Positions 26,580-36,002 of a stretch of DNA of 64,000 nucleotides are shown piece by piece (the first letter of the stretch is position 1; each line of letters starts with the position of its first letter). The notes under the pieces were generated by a model. That model was not told the DNA's origin and searched no databases. It saw only the letters and a program-made list of their open reading frames with translations. The DNA is taken from positions 210 through 64,209 of the forward strand of contig CAYTXV010000004.1 of assembly GCA_964441495.1 (NCBI GenBank), in the 5' to 3' direction. Source of the stretch: an uncultured Candidatus Saccharibacteria bacterium. Its GTDB lineage: Bacteria; Patescibacteriota; Minisyncoccia; Phycocordibacterales; UBA9973. Made by a program: the position numbers and the translations under genes.

Positions 26580-27509
26580 TTAGGACAATGTAACGGTTAC
26601 CTTTTTGAGGAGATAGAGTGGTCTATACTTCTCTTTTGCATATCTGAGACCCGAGATGCCGAGGTCTTGTTCAAAGTTTAAAAACTTTACATTTTTTTTA
26701 TGAAATACTCGACCCTCTTCCCAGATGAGTAGATCGTATACTCCAGGGTATTGTTGAACATCTGCTTTTGAAAAATGCGCTATCCCATACTGGTTATGTA
26801 CCTTTTCGTACATAGAAAAAGCAGCAAGTTTTTTATGTATATAGATAGAAATACAAACCAGTGAACGATCTTGAAGCCCAAGAAATCGACGGAATGCTTT
26901 GTATTCGTTGAGATCGTATGCGTGATGCGCGTGTTTATTGAGCGACCACTTATGGAACATTGAAAGATATTCTTTCTTATTTATCTTGTTTAGTGGTTGT
27001 ATTTTTAGCGTGTATTCAGGGAATACTGCAATTGTTTTACGCAGAGATTTGGATTTTGAGCTTTTGTGCCAGGTGTTCATTACCGCGAGATGTTCGCTAA
27101 GATGTATATAGTCAGCGTCGTCACGACTTGAGTCTATATCAAACGGTGAGTTTCTGAATTTAAAGTGAAGCGAAAGCTCCTCGGGTACAAGTTGGAGTAT
27201 ATTTTTCTTTAATTTTTTGTTCGAAAACTCAAGAAGCTCAAATGCTGTTGCTGAAACCTCGTGTTTGCCGATAAAGGATAGAAACGGTTCTCCGGTGATG
27301 TAATCAGAAAACTGTACTACAAGATTTTTGTTGAGCATGCTCACGCGAATCCTGTTTTTGGTATTCCATGACCATAAACTGACGAAGTTGAAGTCAGAGT
27401 ACGGCGGAAAGTCTTTGGTAATCCGTTCAATTTCTTTTTTGTCAGAAAGCTCAAGCTTTTTGAAGGTTGGAAATTTGGGAATCATATATGTGGTTCTATT
27501 ATACCACAA
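26580..27509 (-). CDS. free-standing DUF2156 (MprF C-terminal, aa-tRNA-dependent aminoacyltransferase fold) protein
   Basis: DUF2156 hallmarks FPPYSDFNFVSLWSWN and LNFEQDLGISGLRYAKEKYRP. About 300 aa with no TM segment. Confidence 0.75.
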   Translation of the reverse strand: MWYNRTTYMIPKFPTFKKLELSDKKEIERITKDFPPYSDFNFVSLWSWNTKNRIRVSMLNKNLVVQFSDYITGEPFLSFIGKHEVSATAFELLEFSNKKLKKNILQLVPEELSLHFKFRNSPFDIDSSRDDADYIHLSEHLAVMNTWHKSSKSKSLRKTIAVFPEYTLKIQPLNKINKKEYLSMFHKWSLNKHAHHAYDLNEYKAFRRFLGLQDRSLVCISIYIHKKLAAFSMYEKVHNQYGIAHFSKADVQQYPGVYDLLIWEEGRVFHKKNVKFLNFEQDLGISGLRYAKEKYRPLYLLKKVTVTLS

Positions 27510-27518
27510 AATATCTTT

Positions 27519-28433
27519 TTATGCAAGTAGTGCTGCCCCTGAGATCATAATCGCGATAGAAATCGCTTTTTGAAGGACATTTCTTCGAGAGATATCTTCG
27601 GTTAAGACGCGTGGGAAAAATATTGTAAAAACAATACCAAGTATAAACACGATTGCGGGTTGTACAACCTCAAGAAGCAAGACAGCTGATACTGGGACAA
27701 GGAGTACCGCGTAGTTCGCAAATAAGTTCCCTATAATCGTGGCTGTTTCTGAAAACAAACTAATACCAAGTACTTGCCTTCCATCAGATTTCATAATTTC
27801 AGAAAATCCTTTGCGGTATACAGGGACAAAGAAAATAATAAACAAACCCCCTATCCCAAGTCCTACATGTTCCCAAAATGATGAGACCCAGAAACCACTT
27901 TCTCTTCCAACAAATTTAAAGAGCACACTCCACAATGCGATTAGAAACGATGCGATGGTCATATTTCGAATCAGATTCCATCTAAATGTATATCGAGCAC
28001 TTGCATCGTTTCGCTTGAGCGAAAGAAGCAACCCTCCAATCAAGATAATCGCGCCCCCAATGAGTTGCTGAGAGCTTAACTGTTCACCTAACAAGATGTA
28101 CCCAAGTGCATATCCAAAGAAAGGTGCAGTTAGAAACCACGGTACAACAGAAGAGACGTCTTCGTCCGGGAGCGCTTTAAGGTAAAAAATAATCCACGAT
28201 ACATTACACAGGCCTGCAAGTAGGAGAACTCCGATTTCTTGGAGAGGAAGCATAAATGATCCTTTTGCAAAAAAGTATATCGCAAGTGCTCCTACAAATC
28301 CAAACATACTTGAAAATATCACAAGCGCACCGATTGGATGGCCGAATTTTTTGTTTCGCTCTACCAGGTAGTTATCAGCTATGTTGACAAATGACCAGAG
28401 AAGAACAGCCGAAAGAGTAAGTGTAATCCACAT
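27519..28433 (-). CDS. EamA/DMT-family permease
   Basis: 10 predicted TM helices arranged as two EamA-like halves. Confidence 0.8.
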   Translation of the reverse strand: MWITLTLSAVLLWSFVNIADNYLVERNKKFGHPIGALVIFSSMFGFVGALAIYFFAKGSFMLPLQEIGVLLLAGLCNVSWIIFYLKALPDEDVSSVVPWFLTAPFFGYALGYILLGEQLSSQQLIGGAIILIGGLLLSLKRNDASARYTFRWNLIRNMTIASFLIALWSVLFKFVGRESGFWVSSFWEHVGLGIGGLFIIFFVPVYRKGFSEIMKSDGRQVLGISLFSETATIIGNLFANYAVLLVPVSAVLLLEVVQPAIVFILGIVFTIFFPRVLTEDISRRNVLQKAISIAIMISGAALLA

Positions 28434-28437
28434 AATA

Positions 28438-28836
28438 TTAGTTGGTTATATCTTGTATTGGGTATCGTGTCCCACGCTTCACAAAATTTACCTCGATATC
28501 TGTAGCTTTAAAATTTTCTATAAAATATTGCTTGATAAAGTCTTGGTCCATACCGTTTTTGCAGGTGTAGACATCTGCGCTCACAAATTTCCTACCCACA
28601 AATGTGTGGACGCTTATGTGACTCTCCATGATAACGACAAATCCGCTCCATCCACCAGGATCCTTATCTCCGTTTCCTTCTGCATAGTAGACAACCGGGT
28701 CAGCGAGTTTGTGCATGCCGAGCTTTTCAGGAAGCTCCGTAAGTACATGAAGAACATGTTCTTTTGAGTTGAGAAGCTCCGGATCAGCTCCGTAACAATC
28801 CAACATCATATGCTCTCCAAAGGTAATTGTATTCAT
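28438..28836 (-). CDS. pyruvoyl-dependent S-adenosylmethionine decarboxylase family proenzyme (SpeH/SpeD-like)
   Basis: Self-processing signature VIMESHISVHTF (E-S cleavage site) and a downstream YTC motif. About 130 aa. Confidence 0.8.
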   Translation of the reverse strand: MNTITFGEHMMLDCYGADPELLNSKEHVLHVLTELPEKLGMHKLADPVVYYAEGNGDKDPGGWSGFVVIMESHISVHTFVGRKFVSADVYTCKNGMDQDFIKQYFIENFKATDIEVNFVKRGTRYPIQDITN

Positions 28837-28847
28837 ATCTGTGTAGT

Positions 28848-30305
28848 TTATTCCCTCGGTTTCAAAAGTGGAAACAGCTGCGTCTCACGGAGCGGTTTGT
28901 CGACGAGAAATGCAAAGAGTCGCTCGCCGAATCCAAAGCCACAGGTTGGTGGCATGCCGTGCTCGAGCATGTCGACGAATTCCCATTCAGGCATCATCGC
29001 CTCGTCATCGCCGCGCTCGATCATCTCTTGTTGGAGGAGAAATCGCCCACGTTGATCGATCGGATCATTGAGCTCAGAGAATCCGTTCCCTACTTCGCTT
29101 CCCGCAAGGAGTACCTGGAAGCGTTCGGTCACACGTGGATCATCGGCGCAGCTCTTTGCAAGCGGTGAGACGAGCTTGGGGACGCGCACGAGAAATGCGG
29201 GGCCTGAGATAGATTTGCGGCAGTATTTCCAGAGCGTGTCGGTGAGGCGCTCTTTGTTTGTACCAGTGTACTTCACGCCGAGTTCATCGAGCTTTGCTTG
29301 CATCTGGGCTTCATCTGCATCGAGCACGTTGATATCGGTTTGTGCTTCAATCTCCTTCACATAGTCGATGTGCTTCCACTCACTCGCAAGATCAAACGTG
29401 TGTCCGCGTGTGGTAAAGGTCGTGGTGCCAAACACTTCGAGCGCGATCTTTTTGTAAAGCGCTTCAACGAGCTGCATACCCATGCGGTAGTCCGCGTATG
29501 CCCAGTAGAACTCCATGTTGGTGAACTCCTGGAGGTGATCAGGACTTGAGCCTTCGTTGCGATACACACGCCCGATCTCAAATGTCTTGGGAAAGCCTGC
29601 TGCCATGAGACGCTTCTGCCAGAGCTCCCCGACAGAGATACGCATGAACACATCGAGTGCAAAGTCTTTGTGAAATGCTTTGAACGGGTTCGCTTCAGCA
29701 CCGCCGGTTGTGACTTCGAGTGTCGGCGTCTCGACTTCCATAAATCCATGCTCTTTCATGAAGGTTCGTGTCACTTCCCAAAACTTTGCTTTCTGCTCAA
29801 ACATCCGCCGAAGCTCAGGGTTGGTGAGGATGTCGAGGTATCGCTTGCGGTAGCGTTCGTCTTCATCAGTGAGGCCGTGCCATTTCTCAGGAAGCGGCAG
29901 GAGGCTCTTGGTAAGCATGGTCCAGCCAGACACAAACAATGCTTTTTCACCACGCTTTGTCGTGTATGCGATACCTGTTGCCTCGACGAAGTCTCCCACA
30001 TCGGTCGTGTCATTCCAGAGTTCATAGAGTGCCGCATCCATCTCATCAGACTTCAGAAACAGCTGCATGGTACCTGTACCGTCGTATATATCGGCAAAGG
30101 CAAGTCCGCCCTGCCCGCGCTTGCTCATGATACGTCCTGCGATGGTGCGTACATCTTTGCCTGCCTCATAGAGTGAGAACTGATCCGCAAACTGCTCTAT
30201 AGTGTCGGTGCGACTCGTATGTGCTGGGTACGGATTGATACCCTTTTCTTCCAAAATAGCCTTCTTGCGAAGTCGTTCCTCACGAAGCTCTGGGATAGAT
30301 GCCAT
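28848..30305 (-). CDS. lysS: lysyl-tRNA synthetase (class II)
   Basis: OB-fold N-domain and class II motifs (FMEVETP; VYRNEGSSPDHLQEFTNMEFY; GFGFGERL). Start trimmed to MASIPEL (30305). Confidence 0.95.
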   Translation of the reverse strand: MASIPELREERLRKKAILEEKGINPYPAHTSRTDTIEQFADQFSLYEAGKDVRTIAGRIMSKRGQGGLAFADIYDGTGTMQLFLKSDEMDAALYELWNDTTDVGDFVEATGIAYTTKRGEKALFVSGWTMLTKSLLPLPEKWHGLTDEDERYRKRYLDILTNPELRRMFEQKAKFWEVTRTFMKEHGFMEVETPTLEVTTGGAEANPFKAFHKDFALDVFMRISVGELWQKRLMAAGFPKTFEIGRVYRNEGSSPDHLQEFTNMEFYWAYADYRMGMQLVEALYKKIALEVFGTTTFTTRGHTFDLASEWKHIDYVKEIEAQTDINVLDADEAQMQAKLDELGVKYTGTNKERLTDTLWKYCRKSISGPAFLVRVPKLVSPLAKSCADDPRVTERFQVLLAGSEVGNGFSELNDPIDQRGRFLLQQEMIERGDDEAMMPEWEFVDMLEHGMPPTCGFGFGERLFAFLVDKPLRETQLFPLLKPRE

Positions 30306-30333
30306 ATAGGCACATGATAGCAAATTTGGGCAA

Positions 30334-30360
30334 TAAAAAAAGCCTGTTTTTCAGGCTTTA
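30334..30360 (-). terminator. intrinsic terminator of gene 30371..30925
   Basis: On the minus strand, AAAGCCTG-AAAAA-CAGGCTTT is followed by TTTTTATT. Confidence 0.75.
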
Positions 30361-30370
30361 CTTTAAATGC

Positions 30371-30925
30371 TTACATTTTCTGAAACGAGAGAAGATACTC
30401 AATTTTTCTTCCCGGAAAATCATTGTCATACTTACCTTCAATATAGCTATCAAATTTTTCAACTTCTATTCTTATACCATATACAGCTTCTCTGTCTTCT
30501 TCAGTGTTAATGTAAGGAACCACGGTAATGTTATCAGTATGTACGTAGAGCTCCCCTTTACCTCTAACCGTGTATTTCTTTCCTAGGTATTCAGGAATAT
30601 CGAAACTGAATACTCTTGAACCTAGTGGTAGTTGATTTGAATAGTATTTCAATGTAAGTATTGCACCGTGAGCACCGAGAAAAATAACTTTAGGTAATTT
30701 TTCTAAAAATTTTAAACATTCTTTTTTATGTTTAAGTTTTAGTACTTCCCAAAGCGTAGCTTTTACTACCTCCCCTGGTTGAATTTCGCCAGAGAAATTT
30801 TTAAAGTTTTCACTATTTATCTCGGCAGTAACAAACATGCCATGTGAATCAAGTAAGCTTTTAGAATCAAAATTTGATGGAACAGTAAGATCAAAACTTT
30901 TTAAAATTTTGAATTCATTTTTCAT
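30371..30925 (-). CDS. hypothetical protein (AT-rich islet with its own promoter and terminator)
   Basis: 184-aa ORF with no recognisable motif. Minus-strand promoter: TTGACA (30986-30981), 17 nt spacer, TAGTAT (30963-30958). Confidence 0.55.
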   Translation of the reverse strand: MKNEFKILKSFDLTVPSNFDSKSLLDSHGMFVTAEINSENFKNFSGEIQPGEVVKATLWEVLKLKHKKECLKFLEKLPKVIFLGAHGAILTLKYYSNQLPLGSRVFSFDIPEYLGKKYTVRGKGELYVHTDNITVVPYINTEEDREAVYGIRIEVEKFDSYIEGKYDNDFPGRKIEYLLSFQKM

Positions 30926-31054
30926 TTCATGAATTTTAGTTGTGAAGAACTAGACACATACTATCATATTTTATTATTTTTGTCAATATAAAAAGCCCTT
31001 ATTTCTAAAGGCTCTTTTCCCTACTAACTAACTATCTAAATACTGCTTACTAAC

Positions 31055-32122
31055 CTAGATTCCTTCCTTCTTCAATTCCTCTATCACCTCCTTTGCTCTC
31101 TTGGAAAGTTTCTCAGGGAGCTTGATATCGAGTTTGATGACGAAGTTACCGCGTTTGTGGGCAGATACCGGCACGCCTTTGCCCTTGAGGACGACTGTGT
31201 CGCCTACCTTGGTACCTGCGGGTACTGCGATGGACTCTTTGCCATCGAGTGTCTCGAGTGCGTAAGTTGCGCCGAGCAGTGCGTCGGTGAGTTTGATCGA
31301 GAGCGTCATCACGAGGTCGTTGCCCGCGCGGAGGATATGCGCGTGTGGACGCACAGTGACGTGTACATAGAGATCACCCGGCTGTCCACCAGTGATCGCT
31401 TCACCCATACCAGAGAGGCGAAGTGTCTCGCCGTGCTGGATACCTGCGGGCACAGAGACCTTGATAGTACGCTCTTCGTTGACGACACCGCGACCGCGAC
31501 AGTGATCGCAAGGAGTTTTGGGGATCTTGCCCGCGCCATGACATTTGTCACAGATCTGGTTGGTTGCGATAGAGCCGAGGATCGTGCGCTGGATGTTGCG
31601 CACCTGCCCCTTGCCGTTACATTGACTACAGGTGTGTAGGTCAGTGCCTGGTTTTGCGCCATTACCCTTACAAGTAGTACAGGTAGAAGGCTTTTTGATA
31701 CGGATTTCGCGATCGATACCAAAGATCGCGTCTTTGAATTCGAGGTTGATCGTGGTCTGCAGATCCGCACCCCGCTGCATGCGTGATCGGCGTCCACCAC
31801 CAAAGATGTCACCAAACATATCGCCAAGATCAAACTCAAACCCGCCTCCTTGTTGGAAGCCGCTGAAATCAAATCCTCCAAAGCCTTGTCCACCGCCAAA
31901 TCCTCCCATCTGTGGACCGTCTGATCCAAACTGATCATACTGCGCGCGCTTCTGATCGTCAGAGAGCACCTGGTATGCCTCATTTACTTCCTTAAACTTC
32001 GCCTCATCACCACCGTTTTTGTCCGGGTGGTACTTATGCGCCATCTTGTGGAAGGCCTTTTTGATCTCGTCTTTGGAAGCGCCTTTTTCAACGCCGAGTG
32101 TTTTGTAATAGTCTTTTGACAT
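31055..32122 (-). CDS. dnaJ: molecular chaperone DnaJ
   Basis: J-domain with HPD (YHPDKN), a G/F-rich region, and four CxxCxGxG zinc-finger repeats. Confidence 0.96.
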   Translation of the reverse strand: MSKDYYKTLGVEKGASKDEIKKAFHKMAHKYHPDKNGGDEAKFKEVNEAYQVLSDDQKRAQYDQFGSDGPQMGGFGGGQGFGGFDFSGFQQGGGFEFDLGDMFGDIFGGGRRSRMQRGADLQTTINLEFKDAIFGIDREIRIKKPSTCTTCKGNGAKPGTDLHTCSQCNGKGQVRNIQRTILGSIATNQICDKCHGAGKIPKTPCDHCRGRGVVNEERTIKVSVPAGIQHGETLRLSGMGEAITGGQPGDLYVHVTVRPHAHILRAGNDLVMTLSIKLTDALLGATYALETLDGKESIAVPAGTKVGDTVVLKGKGVPVSAHKRGNFVIKLDIKLPEKLSKRAKEVIEELKKEGI

Positions 32123-32229
32123 AAGGGTATTTTAGCAACTTTGACTTATTTTTTCAATCTGGTACTATTGAGGTACAAATGGTCAAATGGCCCCTGAGAT
32201 CCCTGCTGTGAAGCGGGGATCGTCCGTTT

Positions 32230-32616
32230 TTAAGTAAACAATTTTGTGATTATCGCATCTCTGACGTCTTGAAACAAAGCACTATCGATTTTGCGGATCC
32301 TTCGAGAAAGACGGCTAGTACTTATAAGGCGTACTTGTGACAAAATCAATGCAAATTTGATGTCGTCATGTGTGAAAGTAAAGTAGTATGGATTGTCTTT
32401 GATCTTGGTAGTCAGCGGAACTGCCAATACTATGCGACGATTAAATTTTTTGAGTACAAGTACTGGTCGTTCAAACTTTTCATTTTTACCATCTTCTTCA
32501 TCTCCGATGTTGAGCCCAAGTGAACACCACCAGATTTCTCGTTCATGAATAAACCCTAAAAACTCAGATAGCTGTATCTTTTTCTTTTGTATGTTCCATG
32601 TATCGAAATCTTTCAT
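32230..32616 (-). CDS. PemK/MazF-fold toxin-like protein
   Basis: REIWWCSLGLNIGDEEDGKNEKFERPVLVLKK...LAVPLTTK...LSQVRLISTSRL matches the about-130-aa MazF-like family. Start trimmed to MKDFDTWN (32616). Confidence 0.7.
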   Translation of the reverse strand: MKDFDTWNIQKKKIQLSEFLGFIHEREIWWCSLGLNIGDEEDGKNEKFERPVLVLKKFNRRIVLAVPLTTKIKDNPYYFTFTHDDIKFALILSQVRLISTSRLSRRIRKIDSALFQDVRDAIITKLFT

Positions 32617-32672
32617 AAAAAATACACAAACGCTGCGGCGCTTGTGCACTCTTTTTTAGTATTGCTAGGGTC

Positions 32673-32750
32673 TTATCGATGACGGAGTGAGACAGTCTTG
32701 CCATCCCGCTTTGCCTTCTTTTTGGCTGCAATTTTTCGCTTCTTGTTCAT
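32673..32750 (-). CDS. possible 25-aa highly basic micro-ORF
   Basis: Hand translation gives MNKKRKIAAKKKAKRDGKTVSLRHR*. TATAGT lies 6 nt upstream of the ATG. Located between the 78-aa gene terminator and the MazF-like gene. Confidence 0.2.
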   Translation of the reverse strand: MNKKRKIAAKKKAKRDGKTVSLRHR

Positions 32751-32776
32751 GTCGAAACTATAGCATATTTTGGAAA

Positions 32777-32809
32777 TAAAAAAAGCAATACCCGTACTTT
32801 AGGTATTGC
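32777..32809 (-). terminator. intrinsic terminator of gene 32822..33058
   Basis: On the minus strand, GCAATACC-9 nt-GGTATTGC is followed by TTTTTTTT. Confidence 0.75.
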
Positions 32810-32821
32810 ATATCAATCACT

Positions 32822-33058
32822 TTAAATCTCAGAGAGTTCCAGTTCAAAACGAATATGTTTTTTGTTGGGTAACAACAACCTTACTGTTATGCTGGTACCA
32901 GGACTTGCATATGCTCCGCCCATTTCATAACCCCTGGCTTTTGCCCACGCTTTTGCCTCACCCCAGAGACGGTCGACTGTGGTCGGGGGCTGTTTCTGTT
33001 TTTTTAAGTGATTTAGTAATTCAGTTTTTTCAGGAAATTCAATGATTGTTTTTTGCAT
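32822..33058 (-). CDS. 78-aa hypothetical protein (own promoter and terminator)
   Basis: Minus-strand promoter: TTGACT (33103-33098), 16 nt spacer, TATAAT (33081-33076). Terminator at 32777-32809. The plus-strand ORF 32806..33045 is judged a shadow. Confidence 0.55.
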   Translation of the reverse strand: MQKTIIEFPEKTELLNHLKKQKQPPTTVDRLWGEAKAWAKARGYEMGGAYASPGTSITVRLLLPNKKHIRFELELSEI

Positions 33059-33111
33059 GAAAAAAATTTGTAATTATTATATAACTTTTAAAATAAAAGT
33101 CAATAAAATAC

Positions 33112-33137
33112 AAAAAGCCCTATCTCTAAGGCTTTTT
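33112..33137 (-). terminator. intrinsic terminator after dnaK
   Basis: AAAAAGCC-10 nt-GGCTTTTT immediately downstream of the dnaK stop. Confidence 0.6.
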
Positions 33138-33166
33138 GCGGAACTTCTCCTATTTATTGATTGTGA

Positions 33167-35053
33167 TTATTTTGACTCTTCAGCTGTCGTATCAGTCGCA
33201 TCCGCCTCTTTTACTTCCTCAGGCTGAGGTTCTGCAGTTGTTGATGACTGAGCGTTTTTGTTCATGTATTCACCAATCTTTTGGATTTCAGTAGAGAGTG
33301 CATTGGTTGCTGATTCGATCGCAGCTTTGTCAGCACTTTCTTTTGCTTTCTTGGCTTCGTCGATCTTGGTCTGTACACCTGTTTTGACATCATCGGGGAT
33401 GTTTGCACCATGCTCAGTGAGCGCCTTTTCTGCTGAAAAGATCATCATGTCAGCAGTGTTTTTGGCATCTGCGAGCTCTTTCTTTTGCGAGTCTTCGGCA
33501 GCGTGCATCTCTGCGTCTTTCTTCATCTTTTCGATATCGTCAGCCGAGAGTCCGCTTGAAGCTTCGATGCGGATCGACTGCTCTTTGCCGGTTGCCTTGT
33601 CCTTTGCCTTCACAGAGAGGATACCATTGGCATCGACATCAAACGTCACTTCGATCTGTGGGATACCGCGTGGTGCTGGTGCGATACCGTCGAGCACAAA
33701 TCGTCCGAGTGATTTGTTGTCAGCTGCCATCGGACGCTCACCCTGCGTGATATGGATCTCAACCGATGGTTGGTTGTCTGTTGCTGTCGAGAACACCTGA
33801 CTCTTGGATGAAGGGATCGTCGTGTTGCGTTCGATAAGCTTGGTCGATACCCCACCCATGGTCTCGATGCCAAGCGAGAGTGGAATCACGTCAAGGAGAA
33901 GCACGTCGCGCACATCACCCTGGAGCACGCCGCCCTGGACTGCTGCACCGAGCGCCACGACTTCGTCAGGGTTGATAGAGCGGTTTGGTTCCTTGCCAAA
34001 GAATTTCTGTACCTCTTCGACGATCTTGGGCATGCGTGTCTGTCCACCGACAAGGATGATCTCGTTGATGTCGCTGAGTGTAAATCCTGATGCATCGAGC
34101 GCGCGTTTGGTGATGTCGATCGCACGTGTGATGAACTCGTCAGCGATCTGCTCGAGCTGTGCACGAGTCATCTTCATGAGGAGGTGTTGTGGGCCTGCAT
34201 CGGTACTTGTGATGAATGGGATGTTGATCTCTGTTTCAGTAGTAGTACTGAGCTCGATTTTGGCCTTTTCTGCGGCTTCATCCAGACGCTGGAGCGCGAG
34301 TGGGTCTTTGGTGACATCGATACCGGTTTCTTTCTTGAACTCATCCGCGATCCAGTTCATGATCTTGAGATCGATATCGCGTCCTCCCATCATCGCGTCT
34401 CCGTCAGTTGATTTGACTTCGATCACGTCGTTGGTTATCTCAAGTACTGACACGTCAAACGTTCCACCTCCAAGGTCAAAGACAACAACCTTTTCATCCT
34501 TTTTGTTGTTAAATCCATACGCAAGCGCTGCCGCAGTTGGTTCGTTGATGATACGCTTCACATCGAGTCCTGCGATCGCACCCGCGTCTTTGGTTGCTTT
34601 GCGCTGTGCATCGTTGAAGTATGCAGGCACGGTGATGATCGCTTCGGTTACTTTCTCGCCGAGTTTTGCTTCGACATCTGTTTTGATCTTCTGCAGGATC
34701 ATCGCTGAGATTTCTTCGGGGCGATAGTCTTTGCCAGAGAGACTGACGAGCGCACCACCATCGGTACCACTTTTGACTTCAAAGGGAGAAGTTTTGATCA
34801 CCTTGTCCATACCAGGGTCGTCATACTTGTGACCCATGAAGCGCTTGATACCGTAGATCGTGTTCTTTGGATTCGTCACTGCTTGACGCTTCGCGAGGAG
34901 TCCGACCAATCGATCGCCATTTTTGCCAACTGCGACGATAGACGGTGTCGTACGAGCACCTTCGATGTTTTCGATGATTTTGGGTTGGCCACCCTCGATG
35001 ATGGCTACCGCACTGTTTGTTGTTCCAAGGTCAATTCCAATGATTTTTGCCAT
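33167..35053 (-). CDS. dnaK: molecular chaperone DnaK (Hsp70)
   Basis: [22 protein letters not shown] and the full Hsp70 architecture. Confidence 0.98.
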   Translation of the reverse strand: MAKIIGIDLGTTNSAVAIIEGGQPKIIENIEGARTTPSIVAVGKNGDRLVGLLAKRQAVTNPKNTIYGIKRFMGHKYDDPGMDKVIKTSPFEVKSGTDGGALVSLSGKDYRPEEISAMILQKIKTDVEAKLGEKVTEAIITVPAYFNDAQRKATKDAGAIAGLDVKRIINEPTAAALAYGFNNKKDEKVVVFDLGGGTFDVSVLEITNDVIEVKSTDGDAMMGGRDIDLKIMNWIADEFKKETGIDVTKDPLALQRLDEAAEKAKIELSTTTETEINIPFITSTDAGPQHLLMKMTRAQLEQIADEFITRAIDITKRALDASGFTLSDINEIILVGGQTRMPKIVEEVQKFFGKEPNRSINPDEVVALGAAVQGGVLQGDVRDVLLLDVIPLSLGIETMGGVSTKLIERNTTIPSSKSQVFSTATDNQPSVEIHITQGERPMAADNKSLGRFVLDGIAPAPRGIPQIEVTFDVDANGILSVKAKDKATGKEQSIRIEASSGLSADDIEKMKKDAEMHAAEDSQKKELADAKNTADMMIFSAEKALTEHGANIPDDVKTGVQTKIDEAKKAKESADKAAIESATNALSTEIQKIGEYMNKNAQSSTTAEPQPEEVKEADATDTTAEESK

Positions 35054-35158
35054 AGTTTCAATAAAAATTAATTGATAAAAGTATTTTCAGGATTTCTACC
35101 GTTATTTCGCGACCGCAAAATACTTGTACAAACGTGAGTATAGTGCTAGCATTTTCTC

Positions 35159-35692
35159 ATGTCAAGCACTACACCCAAAAAGGGTGCATATTCCAAGAAA
35201 ATCCTCCGTCTCCTCGGGGCAAAACCGGCTGTTTCCGATGCGGAACTGGCCGATATGGTAGGGAGTGCATCTCGAGAGCGCTATGCCCTTGCCCGCTCAA
35301 TCCGCGGGCTCGTAGAGAGTGGTCTCGTCGAGACGCACGACTCTGGCCAGCAGACCTATGCGCGCCTCACCCGTGAAGGCAAGAAGCGTGCGCACTCTAT
35401 AGCACTCGATCACGAGGACACGCTCTACAACCCAGCATGGGATGGCAAATGGCGGGTCATCCTCCTGGACTTCCCCGAAGACCGCAAGACGGAGCGTGAC
35501 AGCTTCCGCTACCTCCTCAAAAAGGCAGGATTTGTCTGTATCAAAAACGCGACCTGGGTATCACCACAACCATTTGAGCACCTCTTTGCAAATATAAAAA
35601 AAGACCTCAATCTAACGACCCAGATCATGATTTTTGTGACTGACAACCTGGACACCGAAACTGAGCGAGAGTTTTTGCGGATGGTAAAGTAG
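35159..35692 (+). CDS. PaaX-like transcriptional regulator (wHTH plus Cas2-like ferredoxin-fold domain)
   Basis: N-terminal wHTH, then WDGKWRVILLDFPEDRKTERDSFRYLLKKAGFVCIKNATWVSP, typical of the PaaX family. Divergent from dnaK. Confidence 0.7.
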   Translation: MSSTTPKKGAYSKKILRLLGAKPAVSDAELADMVGSASRERYALARSIRGLVESGLVETHDSGQQTYARLTREGKKRAHSIALDHEDTLYNPAWDGKWRVILLDFPEDRKTERDSFRYLLKKAGFVCIKNATWVSPQPFEHLFANIKKDLNLTTQIMIFVTDNLDTETEREFLRMVK

Positions 35693-35953
35693 TTATTTTA
35701 CTTTGGATTCCAACTTTTCTACACGAACAAGTATATTTTCGATCTTTCTTTCGTGTGAAAGAACAGCCATTTCAAGTGTGGTAAGACCGGTTTTTATTTC
35801 TTTGATGTCTTGCTTCATCTCTCCAAGAGTCGTGCTGATATGAGACATAACCTTGTCTTGATTTGAGAGTGTTTTTGCGACACTTTCCATTACCTTTTCA
35901 AAGGTTTTTTCGGTTACATACTTTTCAGCTTTTTTCGCAACAGGTTTCTTCAT
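35693..35953 (-). CDS. small coiled-coil hypothetical protein
   Basis: MKKPVAKKAEKYV... followed by heptad-like repeats. Start trimmed to 35953 to remove the overlap with grpE. Confidence 0.5.
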   Translation of the reverse strand: MKKPVAKKAEKYVTEKTFEKVMESVAKTLSNQDKVMSHISTTLGEMKQDIKEIKTGLTTLEMAVLSHERKIENILVRVEKLESKVK

Positions 35954-36002
35954 CGTAGAAACAGTATACCCCTTGTTTCTGTGTACCTGCAAACTCAGTA
36001 GC

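Noticed and set aside
32196-32225. GATCCC...GGGATC hairpin followed by a plus-strand T-run between the MazF-like gene and dnaJ, as a possible terminator.
   Set aside because: The T-run is on the plus strand, where no gene reads into it. On the minus strand there is no U-tract, so it is not a convincing terminator. It is mentioned only as part of the insert description.
32806-33045. 79-aa plus-strand ORF overlapping the 78-aa minus-strand ORF.
   Set aside because: The consensus promoter and Rho-independent terminator flanking this locus are both oriented for the minus strand. The plus-strand product looks non-protein-like (W/L/P-rich).
33804-34727. 307-aa ORF on the plus strand opposite dnaK. 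Similar long antisense ORFs occur at 23503..24384 opposite cysS, 56729..57619 opposite mreB, 49074..49769 opposite mnmA, 38535..39131 opposite rpoA and 43531..44124 opposite alaS.
   Set aside because: These are shadow ORFs on the antisense strand of strongly supported, highly conserved genes. Their products are low-complexity (S/A/R-rich), have no motifs, and have no independent promoter or SD.
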